Source: Candidatus Omnitrophota bacterium
Lineage (GTDB): Bacteria > Omnitrophota > Gorgyraeia > Gygaellales > Profunditerraquicolaceae
Direction of reading: 5' to 3'
DNA: 64,000 nucleotides
NCBI GenBank assembly: GCA_030650425.1
Contig: JAUSED010000003.1
Span: 71,903-135,902 of the forward strand
Below the pieces are notes generated by a model that did no database searches, was not told the origin of the DNA, and worked only from the letters and a program-made list of their open reading frames with translations. Shown here piece after piece: positions 20,126 to 28,710 of this stretch. The position numbers were made by a program, and so were the translations under genes. The first letter of the stretch is position 1, and each line of letters opens with the position of its first letter.

Positions 20126-20502
20126 AACAAGGCTTACCTTTCATTTTATCCCTTATCGCCTTTACCAGCGTCTGCGATACGATCAACCAACTTTTTTTGA
20201 AATCCGCGATAAATTCCCTGCATTCACCCAAAGGTAACATTAGGGCGGTACTAAATTTTATTCTCAAGTTAATTATGGTGCCGCGGGTTTGGGTTAGTTT
20301 TCTCTTTAGCATAATTTCATTGTGTATTTGGCTATTTGTATTGTCTCAGGTAGATTTAAGCTTTGCCTTCTCCGCAGACAGCATGCATTATATCTTTATC
20401 GCGCTTACCTCCAGGTTTATCTTGAAAGAAAAGGTATCTCTTAAACGATGGGTGGGAATAATTCTAATCGTGGCCGGTATAATGATGGTTAGTCTGAGTT
20501 AG
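20122..20502 (+). CDS. Small EamA/SMR-like 4-TM membrane protein, ArnE/ArnF-like flippase subunit (second of a pair)
   Basis: ATGA overlap with the upstream partner; start trimmed from 20044. Confidence 0.5.
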   Translation: MKQGLPFILSLIAFTSVCDTINQLFLKSAINSLHSPKGNIRAVLNFILKLIMVPRVWVSFLFSIISLCIWLFVLSQVDLSFAFSADSMHYIFIALTSRFILKEKVSLKRWVGIILIVAGIMMVSLS

Positions 20503-20556
20503 CCCTACGATCCCGCCAGCATTTTCCAGTTATTTACTTTTTTCTTTTATGAAGGT

Positions 20557-21180
20557 TTAAAATTTGTAAGCTATCCCGGTATTTACGGAGTAGCTGTTTA
20601 TTCCGTGATTAGGTTCTTTAATTCCGGAATTAGAAAGGTGGCGCCAGCGGCCTTCTAAGGTAAAGGCGGTATTATTAGTGAAGAAATAATGTATCCCCAG
20701 CGCGGCTTGTTCCGTAAAATTAAACTGGGTGGACTGCTCATCCGTATGCAAGGTCATATAATTTAAGCCTGCGCCTAATTTTACGTAAGGCTCCAGCCTC
20801 CAAGTGTCGGGGAATAATCCCAGTTTAAGCCAGAAGATCGTTCCTGTTTCCAAATTGTTGTGGGGCCTAGAGATGAAGCCGAGGAACGGTTCGATCTGGA
20901 ATTGAAAAATCCCTGAGGGGTTAAAATTTATTTTTGAGGAAAGATTTTTGAGATTGAAATCAAAAGCGGCGCTAAAAGGAATAACATTGTAGTTGGTTTG
21001 GCCTTTAAGTTTCCCCCAGCCAAAACCGGTGAGGAATTCCACGCCTACAAGGCTTTTTTGATTTGTTTCTTCGGCGTGAGGGGTATTTGAGGCAAGAAGA
21101 ATAAACCCTGATATTAGAACCAAAGTTATAATTTTCTTCATCCATAGAATTATACAAAAATACCGCGCTAAAGCAAGCAT
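20557..21180 (-). CDS. Outer-membrane beta-barrel protein (OmpW/PagL-like); start at M18 (SD GAGGA), alternative M31
   Basis: Signal peptide, alternating amphipathic strands, C-terminal 'GIAYKF' aromatic terminus. Confidence 0.45.
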   Translation of the reverse strand: MLALARYFCIILWMKKIITLVLISGFILLASNTPHAEETNQKSLVGVEFLTGFGWGKLKGQTNYNVIPFSAAFDFNLKNLSSKINFNPSGIFQFQIEPFLGFISRPHNNLETGTIFWLKLGLFPDTWRLEPYVKLGAGLNYMTLHTDEQSTQFNFTEQAALGIHYFFTNNTAFTLEGRWRHLSNSGIKEPNHGINSYSVNTGIAYKF

Positions 21181-21302
21181 TTTTTTCCTCAGTAGAAAAA
21201 AGTCAGAAATAAGGGCAATTAGCCAATACAATTGCTTCTTGGATTTTGGTATATATAAATAATATAACTAGCAGTTGCTTTATTACTTAATAGGAGGAAA
21301 AA

Positions 21303-21404
21303 ATGTTAAAGTGGCTCGGCATAGCATTGATTATTTTGGCCGTCATTATCTTGGTCAAAAAATTCGGCAGCGGTTGTGGCTGCGGTTGTACCCCTAAGAA
21401 ATAA
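21303..21404 (+). CDS. Micro-protein (33 aa): one TM helix plus C-terminal GSGCGCGCTPKK
   Basis: Perfect SD 'taggagga' 7 nt upstream; MLKWLGIALIILAVIILVKKFGSGCGCGCTPKK; not in the ORF track (<60 aa). Confidence 0.35.
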   Translation: MLKWLGIALIILAVIILVKKFGSGCGCGCTPKK

Positions 21405-21437
21405 AACGGCTAGGAGAAAGAAAAATATATATTTTTC

Positions 21438-21465
21438 TTGACAAATGATACAATTATGGTATCAT
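21438..21465 (+). promoter_or_regulatory. TTGACA -35 box followed by palindromic operator ATGATAC-N7-GTATCAT
   Basis: Perfect 7-bp inverted repeat at 21445-21465 immediately downstream of TTGACA, upstream of the rrf2-hcp operon. Confidence 0.45.
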
Positions 21466-21610
21466 TTTACATTGAGAGGAGGGCATATGGATGTAACCAT
21501 TAGATACATGATCCGTCCGGTAGCCCACTGTAAAGAGGGCTGCGCTACTGCGTCCCGGGTACGACTTTAAACTGCCCGCTTATTTAATCCATAATTTTTT
21601 AAGGGGTATA

Positions 21611-22009
21611 ATGAAATTAATCACTAGAAATACGGATTACGCGCTAAGGGCATTATGTTTTATCGCCAAAAGCGATGGTAAGATTATTCCTGTTTCAGGA
21701 CTGGCTCGTGAATTACGGGTCCCGCAGCCGTTCTTAAGGAAAATACTACAGGTATTAAGCAAGAAGCGGATACTGAAGTCTCTTAAGGGTCAGGGCGGCG
21801 GATTTTTGTTAAAGAGGAGCCCGGTAAAGATCTTCTTGCCGGATATAATGCGCATATTTCAAGGTAAATTGAGGTTGAATGAATGTTCTTTAAAGAAGCT
21901 TCTTTGCCCGGAACAGAAGACTTGCCCTTTGAGGAAAAAAATCTCCGGTATTGAACGTTATGTATTAAGAGAACTTAACGCTATCAGCATAGCGTCTTTG
22001 ATAGGTTAA
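21611..22009 (+). CDS. Rrf2-family transcriptional regulator (IscR/NsrR-like, with C-x6-C-x5-C Fe-S ligand cluster)
   Basis: N-terminal wHTH 'TDYALRALCFIA'; 'ECSLKKLLCPEQKTCP'. Confidence 0.85.
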   Translation: MKLITRNTDYALRALCFIAKSDGKIIPVSGLARELRVPQPFLRKILQVLSKKRILKSLKGQGGGFLLKRSPVKIFLPDIMRIFQGKLRLNECSLKKLLCPEQKTCPLRKKISGIERYVLRELNAISIASLIG

Positions 22010-22018
22010 AGGTAAACC

Positions 22019-22846
22019 ATGTCCAAAAGAAAAATTATCAAGATTAACGAAAACAAATGCAATGGCTGCGGCTTGTGTATACCAAACTGCCCGGAAGGCG
22101 CGATTCAAATCATCGATCAGAAAGCGCGTTTAATCAGCGATTTATGCTGCGATGGGCTGGGGGCATGCCTTGGCCATTGTCCGCAAGGAGCAATCACCAT
22201 AGAAGAGAGAGAAGCAGAAGAATATAACGAGAAGAAAGTGATGGAGAATATTGTAAAACAGGGCCCGAATGTGATTAAGGCCCACCTGCATCATCTTAAA
22301 GAACATAGCCAGTCGGCCTACCTAAAGGACGCCCTTGACTATTTAGAAGAAAAAGGGATTCGTAAATCTATAGAGGAGGATATAGAGATTCATGCGCACC
22401 GAGAATGCCCCGGTTCTAGGATAATTGATTTGAGGCCTAAGCAAGTTCCAGCTGGGGCTGAGTGGGCTGTGAAGCTTGAATCCAGGTTGGCTAATTGGCC
22501 GGTGCAGCTTATGCTTGTTCCAGCTTATGCGCCTTATTTAAAGGGTGCCGATATACTTATCGCCGCGGATTGTGTGCCTTTTGCCTATGCTAATTTTCAT
22601 GAAGGACTACTTAAGGGGAAGGTCTTGCTCGTTGGCTGCCCTAAGCTTGACGATGCAGGGATCTATAAGGATAAACTCACCCGGATATTCAAGGAGAATG
22701 AGATCAAGTCTATTAGCTATGCCCATATGGAAGTCCCCTGTTGTTTTGGGCTGGTGAGTATAATTCAATCAGCCATCGATGAATCAGGGAAAAAAGTTCC
22801 TTTTAAGGAGATAGTCATCGCTATAAGCGGAGAGAGATTGAAGTGA
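22019..22846 (+). CDS. 4Fe-4S dicluster ferredoxin-domain protein with C-terminal domain of unknown function
   Basis: 'CNGCGLCIPNCPEGAI' and 'CCDGLGACLGHCPQGAI'. Confidence 0.6.
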   Translation: MSKRKIIKINENKCNGCGLCIPNCPEGAIQIIDQKARLISDLCCDGLGACLGHCPQGAITIEEREAEEYNEKKVMENIVKQGPNVIKAHLHHLKEHSQSAYLKDALDYLEEKGIRKSIEEDIEIHAHRECPGSRIIDLRPKQVPAGAEWAVKLESRLANWPVQLMLVPAYAPYLKGADILIAADCVPFAYANFHEGLLKGKVLLVGCPKLDDAGIYKDKLTRIFKENEIKSISYAHMEVPCCFGLVSIIQSAIDESGKKVPFKEIVIAISGERLK

Positions 22847-23559
22847 TTTATAAATGTCCCGGTCAAGATAAGAGGAATGTTTTGGCAGAAACACTGAGGT
22901 GCCCGGAATGCGGTTACGCGATAGAATTGTTTTCCGACGAGATCAGGGCCAGGTGCCCGCGGTGCAGAAAGGAGACATCGCGAGAAATTTTGCCTACCTG
23001 TATTGACTGGTGTAAGCACGCCAATGAATGCGTGGGAGAGAATATCTATAAGGAGCATTTAAAAAATAAATCTTTGGTTTTGAAAGATAAGCTGCTTAAG
23101 GATTTAGAGGAATATTTCGGAGAAGATCAAAGAAGGATTAATCACGCCAGAAAAGTAATGGATTTTTCCGAAGAGCTGTTGCGTAAGGAAGGAGGGGATT
23201 GGCATATTGTTATTCCGGCGAGTATCCTGCATGACGTTGGGATTAAGCTCGCGGAAAAAAAATACGGTTCATCCGCCGGGCATTACCAGGAGAAGGAAGG
23301 GCCGGAAGTGGCCGCCGGCATACTGCGTAAGGAAAATTTCAAGAGAAAGGATATCGACCAGATATGCAAGATTATCGCCTACCATCATTCTCCCGGTAAG
23401 ATTGAAACAATCAATTTTAAGGTATTATATGACGCGGATTGGTTGGTGAATTTAAAGGATGAAGCCGGGTTGGATGATCAGGAGAAGTTGGGAAAGGTTA
23501 TTGAAAGGGTTTTTCTTACTGAGGCGGGTAAGCAAAAAGCAAAAGAATTGTATCTATAA
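22843..23559 (+). CDS. HD-domain phosphohydrolase with N-terminal zinc ribbon
   Basis: 'CPECG...CPRC' ribbon; 'HARKV...ILHDVG...AYHHS' H..HD..H..D pattern. Confidence 0.65.
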   Translation: MIYKCPGQDKRNVLAETLRCPECGYAIELFSDEIRARCPRCRKETSREILPTCIDWCKHANECVGENIYKEHLKNKSLVLKDKLLKDLEEYFGEDQRRINHARKVMDFSEELLRKEGGDWHIVIPASILHDVGIKLAEKKYGSSAGHYQEKEGPEVAAGILRKENFKRKDIDQICKIIAYHHSPGKIETINFKVLYDADWLVNLKDEAGLDDQEKLGKVIERVFLTEAGKQKAKELYL

Positions 23560-23573
23560 GGAGGGAGAGGAAA

Positions 23574-24869
23574 ATGAGTATGTTTTGTTATCAGTGCGAA
23601 CAGACAGCAGGAGGAAGCGGTTGCGCAAAATTAGGCGTATGCGGGAAAAACGAAGATATCCAAAGCCTGCAGGATATTCTCTTGTTTGGTTTAAAGGGTA
23701 TTGCTGCTTACGCCTATCATGCCCGGGAGTTAGGCGCCAAATCTGAAGAGGTCGATGCGTTTATGCATGAGGCTTTATTTAAGACCGTAACTAATGTAAG
23801 TTTCGATTTAAATCAGCATCTGGATTTGGTTTTAAAATGCGGGGCAATGAACCTGGTGACCATGGAGATGCTGGATAAGGCGCATACCCAGAGGTTTGGG
23901 GATCCGGTTCCCACGCAAGTTGAAACAGGGACCAAGGTAGGCCCGGGGATTTTAGTTACCGGGCATGATTTGTTGGATTTGTATGAGTTATTAAAACAGA
24001 GCGAGGGAACAGGGGTCAATATTTATACCCATAGCGAGATGCTCCCCGCGCACGGCTATCCGGAATTAAGAAAATTCAAGCATTTGGCCGGTAACTATGG
24101 CGGGGCTTGGCAGGAGCAGAAAAAAGAATTCAATGCTTTTAGCGGCGCGATCTTAGCTACGACTAATTGCGTGTTGATTCCGCCGGAAAATTCTTATCTT
24201 AACCGGCTCTTTACGGTAGGGATTACCGGAATTACCGGGGCAACGCATTTAGCCGGTAGAAACTTTAAGGCCCTGATTGAGAAAGCGAAATCCCTTCCTT
24301 CTTTAGCCCAAGCGCCGGGAAAAAAGATTATCACTGGTTTTCACCATACGGCGATTTTGGGCTTAGCGGATAAAATTGTCAATTTGGTAAAATCCGGGAA
24401 AATCCGGCATTTTTTCTTAATCGGCGGATGCGACGGAGCAAAACCCGGCAGGAATTATTACACGGAATTTGCCGAAAAGGTGCCTAAGGATTGCGTAATT
24501 CTCACCCTTGCCTGCGGTAAATACCGTTTTAACAAGCTCGATTTTGGGGAAATCGAAGGAATCCCGCGGCTTATCGATGTCGGCCAGTGCAATAACGCTT
24601 ATTCGGCAATACAGGTAGCTATTGCTTTAAGTAAGGCCTTTAATTGCGGGGTAAATGAGCTTCCTTTGACTTTAGTGCTCTCTTGGTTTGAGCAAAAAGC
24701 AGTTGCTATCCTGCTTACTTTGTTGTATCTTAATATCAAAGGTATTTACATCGGCCCGACTCCACCGGCGTTTATCTCCAAGAATGTTTTTGGAGTTTTA
24801 CAGGAAAAATTTGATTTGAGATTGATTAGTTCTCCTGACGAAGATCTGAAAAAGATATTCAACAAATAA
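23574..24869 (+). CDS. hcp: Hybrid cluster protein / hydroxylamine reductase (short class)
   Basis: Hallmark N-terminus 'MFCYQCEQTAGGSGCAKLGVCGK'; 431 aa. Confidence 0.85.
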   Translation: MSMFCYQCEQTAGGSGCAKLGVCGKNEDIQSLQDILLFGLKGIAAYAYHARELGAKSEEVDAFMHEALFKTVTNVSFDLNQHLDLVLKCGAMNLVTMEMLDKAHTQRFGDPVPTQVETGTKVGPGILVTGHDLLDLYELLKQSEGTGVNIYTHSEMLPAHGYPELRKFKHLAGNYGGAWQEQKKEFNAFSGAILATTNCVLIPPENSYLNRLFTVGITGITGATHLAGRNFKALIEKAKSLPSLAQAPGKKIITGFHHTAILGLADKIVNLVKSGKIRHFFLIGGCDGAKPGRNYYTEFAEKVPKDCVILTLACGKYRFNKLDFGEIEGIPRLIDVGQCNNAYSAIQVAIALSKAFNCGVNELPLTLVLSWFEQKAVAILLTLLYLNIKGIYIGPTPPAFISKNVFGVLQEKFDLRLISSPDEDLKKIFNK

Positions 24870-24924
24870 CACCCCGCGCTTATAGGAATTGCGCGGGTGT
24901 GCCCTTCTGGGCAAGGAGGTGAAT

Positions 24925-24987
24925 ATGAGCTGCGGAAGATGCGGATCAATGGCCAAGAAGAAAAAGAAAAAAGCTAAGAAGAAGTAG
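24925..24987 (+). CDS. Micro-ORF (20 aa) MSCGRCGSMAKKKKKKAKKK; possible leader/regulatory peptide
   Basis: Perfect SD 'aaggaggtg' 5 nt upstream; CxxC then a poly-Lys tract encoded by an A-rich run; followed by a hairpin. Confidence 0.25.
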   Translation: MSCGRCGSMAKKKKKKAKKK

Positions 24988-25014
24988 CTTAGAAACAGGG
25001 AGAAACAAGGAAAC

Positions 25015-25045
25015 AAGGACCGTTTCCTTTCAGGAAACGGTCCTT
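25015..25045 (+). terminator. Hairpin 'aaggaccgtttcc-tttcag-ggaaacggtcctt' (weak T-tract)
   Basis: 13-bp perfect stem; member of the local GGACCGTTTCC terminator family. Confidence 0.4.
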
Positions 25046-25103
25046 AAATTCTCAAAGAGAAAATAGCCGCTGTCCCCTAAGAGAGAAGAGAGGGAGGTTC
25101 AAG

Positions 25104-25262
25104 ATGGACAAATATAGATGCACAGTATGCGGTTATATTTATGACCCTGCGCAGGGTGATGCGAGCGCAGCTATTCCCGCAGGTACGCCTTTTGATAAAT
25201 TACCCGCGGATTGGGTCTGTCCGGAGTGTGGAGTAGGTAAAGATATGTTTGAAAAGGTTTGA
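25104..25262 (+). CDS. rub: Rubredoxin
   Basis: [15 protein letters not shown]...[16 protein letters not shown]; SD AGGGAGG; missed by the ORF track (<60 aa). Confidence 0.85.
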   Translation: MDKYRCTVCGYIYDPAQGDASAAIPAGTPFDKLPADWVCPECGVGKDMFEKV

Positions 25263-25275
25263 AGAGAGGTAAATT

Positions 25276-26127
25276 ATGCTGTCAAAAATAACCTTTAAAG
25301 CTAACCCGCTTACTTTAGTGGGCAGACAGATAGATACCGGAAGCATCGCTCCTGATTTCAGGGTCGTTGACAAAGATCTCAATGAAGCAGGATTAGTTGA
25401 TTTCAAGGGTAAAATTAAGTTAATCAGTTCTTTTCCGTCGATAGATACGCCTGTCTGCGACTTACAGGTCAAGGAATTCAATAAAAAAGCTGCCAGTTTA
25501 TCCGCTGACATAGTGGTCATAGGGATAAGCAAAGACCTCCCCTTTGCCCAAAGCCGGTTTTGTTCTCTCAACGAAATTAAAAACGAGGTTATCTTTTCAG
25601 ATTACAAATATTCATCCTTTGGGATTAATTACGGATTGTTGATCAAAGAACTAAACCTGTTGGCCCGTTCAGTGTTAATTATAGATAAAAACGATATACT
25701 AAGGTATTTTAAGATTGTCCCGGAATTAACCCAAGCTGTGGATTATCAGGAGGCGTTGGGTAATCTAGAGGCAGTTCTCAAAAGCCCTAACTTGATCGAT
25801 AAGCAAGGTAAAGTCATCCGCTGTATTCCTTGTGAAGGCGTAGTTCCGGCCCTAGCTAGGGCAGAGATTGAGAAAGCGCTCTCCGGGCTCCCGGGATGGG
25901 AGGTAATCGAAGATAAAAAAATAACTAAAGAATTTAAGTTTAAAGATTTTATCGAGGCCAAATACTTTCTAGACTTGGTTGCGCTGATCGCCGAAGAGCA
26001 GGGACATCATCCCACACTGACTTTAATTTATAACAAACTGAAGATTACGCTTACCACACACGCCGCAGGCGGCCTTACCGCGAACGACTTTATTATGGCT
26101 GGGATAATTGATAGATTAAGCGCTTAA
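25276..26127 (+). CDS. Thiol peroxidase (Tpx) fused to a pterin-4a-carbinolamine dehydratase (PCD/DCoH) domain
   Basis: Tpx 'SIDTPVCDLQVKEFNKK'; C-terminal 'EEQGHHPTLTLIYNKLKITLTTHAAGGLT' matches the PCD signature. Confidence 0.75.
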   Translation: MLSKITFKANPLTLVGRQIDTGSIAPDFRVVDKDLNEAGLVDFKGKIKLISSFPSIDTPVCDLQVKEFNKKAASLSADIVVIGISKDLPFAQSRFCSLNEIKNEVIFSDYKYSSFGINYGLLIKELNLLARSVLIIDKNDILRYFKIVPELTQAVDYQEALGNLEAVLKSPNLIDKQGKVIRCIPCEGVVPALARAEIEKALSGLPGWEVIEDKKITKEFKFKDFIEAKYFLDLVALIAEEQGHHPTLTLIYNKLKITLTTHAAGGLTANDFIMAGIIDRLSA

Positions 26128-26832
26128 ATGACTAAAGATTTAATGGTGAGAGTTAAGGAAGTCATCCCAAGGACTTATAATGTTAAAAGTATCCGTTTTG
26201 ATCTTGGGGTAGAGTTTGATTTCAAAGCCGGGCAATTTCTTTCTCTAACACTTCAAAATAATCCGGCGTTAAAAAGATACCTTTCCATATCCAGCTCGCC
26301 CACGGAAAAATGCTACTTAGAGGTAACCAAGAAAATTACCGGCAGCGATTTTTCCAAAACGCTTGGTCAGCTTAAAACCGGGGATACCGTCACTATTCAG
26401 TATCCTTTCGGTAAATTTATTTTAGAAGAGCAAGAGAAAAGAATAGCATTTTTGTCCGGAGGCATAGGGATTACGCCGATAAGAAGCATAGCCAAATATG
26501 CCGTAGATAAAAATTTAGGTGTGGATATGGCCTTAATTTATGCCAACCGTTCGCTAAAAGATATCGTCTTTAAAGAAGATTTTGACGCGATGCAAAAAAT
26601 CTACCCTAAATTAAAGGTTAGTCATGTGCTTTGCGAAGCGGATCCGGGGTTTAAATGTATACCCGGTTTAATCAATGCCCAGGTGATTAAAAACGAAGTG
26701 AGCGATTATGCGCGAAGAAAGTTTTATCTCTGCGGCCCGCCAGCAATGGTAGAGGCGATGGGTAAGATATTGACTGAAGAATTAGGGTTAGATAAAAAAA
26801 ATATTATTACCGAGAATTTTCAAGGTTATTAG
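26128..26832 (+). CDS. FAD/NAD(P)-binding oxidoreductase (ferredoxin-NADP reductase-like)
   Basis: 'KRYLSISS' RxYS FAD motif; 'AFLSGGIGITP' NAD(P) motif. Confidence 0.7.
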   Translation: MTKDLMVRVKEVIPRTYNVKSIRFDLGVEFDFKAGQFLSLTLQNNPALKRYLSISSSPTEKCYLEVTKKITGSDFSKTLGQLKTGDTVTIQYPFGKFILEEQEKRIAFLSGGIGITPIRSIAKYAVDKNLGVDMALIYANRSLKDIVFKEDFDAMQKIYPKLKVSHVLCEADPGFKCIPGLINAQVIKNEVSDYARRKFYLCGPPAMVEAMGKILTEELGLDKKNIITENFQGY

Positions 26833-26861
26833 CCTGTTTCATAAGCAGGCGGGGAGGCGCT

Positions 26862-28055
26862 ATGTCAGTGATTAAAATATTACCGGATATATATTCCGTG
26901 GGGGTAGTGGATTGGAACGTGCGTAATTTTCACGGCCATACCTATACCACCAAACGAGGCACGACTTATAATGCTTATTTGATTATTGACGAGAAAATCA
27001 CCCTCGTGGATACAGTATACGGGCCATATTCTGCGGAACTGATTGAAAATATCCAGCAGATTATACCCGTAAATAAAATAGATTATATTATCGCCAACCA
27101 CGTAGAGACGGATCACTCCGGCGCGCTTCCTGCAATGATGAAACTTTGCCCGCAGGCCAAGATTTTCGGCACAGAAAAATGCAAGGACGGCCTGTACCAT
27201 TATTACTACGAAGATTGGGATTTTCAGGTGGTAAAATCCGGGGATAAGCTAAAATTAGGAAAAAGAAACCTGGAATTTATTGAGGCTCCGATGATTCACT
27301 GGCCTGATAGTATGTTTACTTATTGCCCGGAAGAAGCATTGCTTATGCCCAATGACGCCTTTGGCCAGCATCTGGCTACGCAGGAGAGATTCGCGGACGA
27401 GGTTGACCCTTGCGTGGTGTGGGATGAGGCAGCGAAGTATTACGGGAACATACTCTGGCCGTTAGGCATGGTTATTTTGAAAAAAATCGAAGAAATTAAA
27501 AAAAGAAACCTCCCGATAAAAATAATCGCTCCCAGCCACGGAGTTATCTGGCGTAAAGATCCGCTGCAAATAGTCGATAAATACGTTAGTTGGGCAAAGA
27601 ATGAAACCCTGCCTAAGGTAGTGATCGTCTATGAGTCGATGTGGGGCGCAACCGAAAAGATGGCTCGGAAAATCGTCGAAGGGATTGAAAAAGAAGGGGT
27701 AAGTGTCAAATTGTTCGATATAACCGGTTCTGACCGCACTGAGGTAATCAAAGAAATGCTGGAGGCAAGAGGTTTTCTTTTCGGTTCCTCGACGCACGAT
27801 AATGGGATGCTTACGACAATAGCCGGATTCCTTGATTTTATCCGCGGGCTTAAGCCAAAAAACAGGTTAGCTGCAGTTTTCGGCTCTTATGGTTGGGCCG
27901 CAGGGGCAGTCAAGCAAATAGAGGATATCGCTAAAGAAACCGGTATGGAGTTGGCGCTAGCAGGATTGCAGGTTAAATATATGCCTAATAAGGGGGATTT
28001 AGAGGGTTGCTTAGAATTCGGCAGGAAATTTGCCGCCGTAATAAAGGGGAGGTAA
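26862..28055 (+). CDS. Flavodiiron protein (rubredoxin:oxygen/NO oxidoreductase, FprA/ROO)
   Basis: Metallo-beta-lactamase 'HVETDHSGALP' plus C-terminal flavodoxin 'VVIVYESMWGATEKMA'. Confidence 0.85.
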   Translation: MSVIKILPDIYSVGVVDWNVRNFHGHTYTTKRGTTYNAYLIIDEKITLVDTVYGPYSAELIENIQQIIPVNKIDYIIANHVETDHSGALPAMMKLCPQAKIFGTEKCKDGLYHYYYEDWDFQVVKSGDKLKLGKRNLEFIEAPMIHWPDSMFTYCPEEALLMPNDAFGQHLATQERFADEVDPCVVWDEAAKYYGNILWPLGMVILKKIEEIKKRNLPIKIIAPSHGVIWRKDPLQIVDKYVSWAKNETLPKVVIVYESMWGATEKMARKIVEGIEKEGVSVKLFDITGSDRTEVIKEMLEARGFLFGSSTHDNGMLTTIAGFLDFIRGLKPKNRLAAVFGSYGWAAGAVKQIEDIAKETGMELALAGLQVKYMPNKGDLEGCLEFGRKFAAVIKGR

Positions 28056-28058
28056 ATA

Positions 28059-28235
28059 ATGGGTCCGATAGAAGCTTTGGAGTTGGCGCTGGGAAAAGAA
28101 ATCGAAGCCAGGGATATGTACGAGAAATTCAGTTACCAGTATCCCGCAACAAAAGAGATTTTTACTTTTCTAATGAACGAAGAAGCGAAACATAAACAGC
28201 TGATTGAGAAAAGGATAGTAGAGCTGCAAGATTAG
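28059..28235 (+). CDS. 58-aa two-helix 'half-ferritin' protein (rubrerythrin/ferritin-like ExxH half-site)
   Basis: SD GGGGAGG; 'FLMNEEAKHKQLIEK'; resembles the N-terminal half of the 28711 gene product; not in the ORF track. Confidence 0.4.
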   Translation: MGPIEALELALGKEIEARDMYEKFSYQYPATKEIFTFLMNEEAKHKQLIEKRIVELQD

Positions 28236-28700
28236 ATGAAACAACTTAACGATACTATTGTTCAATTCTTTCAAAAGCAGGGATGTGTTATAATTTCAAG
28301 TATCGATAGCAACGGCTTTCCCCATAGTTCTTGTAAGGGTATAGTCAGGATTGATAAAAAAGGAAGTATTTATTTGCTTGATGCCTACAGGGGCAAAACT
28401 TTTCAAAACCTGCAAAACAATCCTAATGTAAGCGTTACGTCTTTTGACGAAGATAAATTTGTCGGCTACTGCCTTAAAGGAAGGGCGCGCCTTTTATCCA
28501 AAGAGGAAGTTGACGCCGGGATGATCAGGGCTTGGGAGGATAGAATCACCAGCAGGCTGACCCAAAGGTTGCTGAAAAATATCCGCGGTGATGCAAAAGG
28601 ACATCCTGCTCATCCGGAAGCTTTATTACCTAAACCGGAGCATATGATTGTTGTTAGTGTTAAAGAGGTAGTTGATCTTACACCGCACCATTTAAAATAA
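28236..28700 (+). CDS. Pyridoxamine 5'-phosphate oxidase-like FMN-binding split-barrel protein
   Basis: ~150 aa; 'PHSSCKG...YLLDAYRGKTFQNL' pattern typical of PNPOx-like proteins. Confidence 0.55.
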   Translation: MKQLNDTIVQFFQKQGCVIISSIDSNGFPHSSCKGIVRIDKKGSIYLLDAYRGKTFQNLQNNPNVSVTSFDEDKFVGYCLKGRARLLSKEEVDAGMIRAWEDRITSRLTQRLLKNIRGDAKGHPAHPEALLPKPEHMIVVSVKEVVDLTPHHLK

Positions 28701-28710
28701 AGAGGTAGGT

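Noticed and set aside
23207-23746. 80-aa and 95-aa plus-strand alternative-frame ORFs
   Set aside because: They are embedded in the HD-domain and hcp coding frames. They have Arg/Lys-rich low-complexity translations.
25200-25571. 123-aa minus-strand ORF
   Set aside because: It is antisense to the clearly real rubredoxin and Tpx genes.
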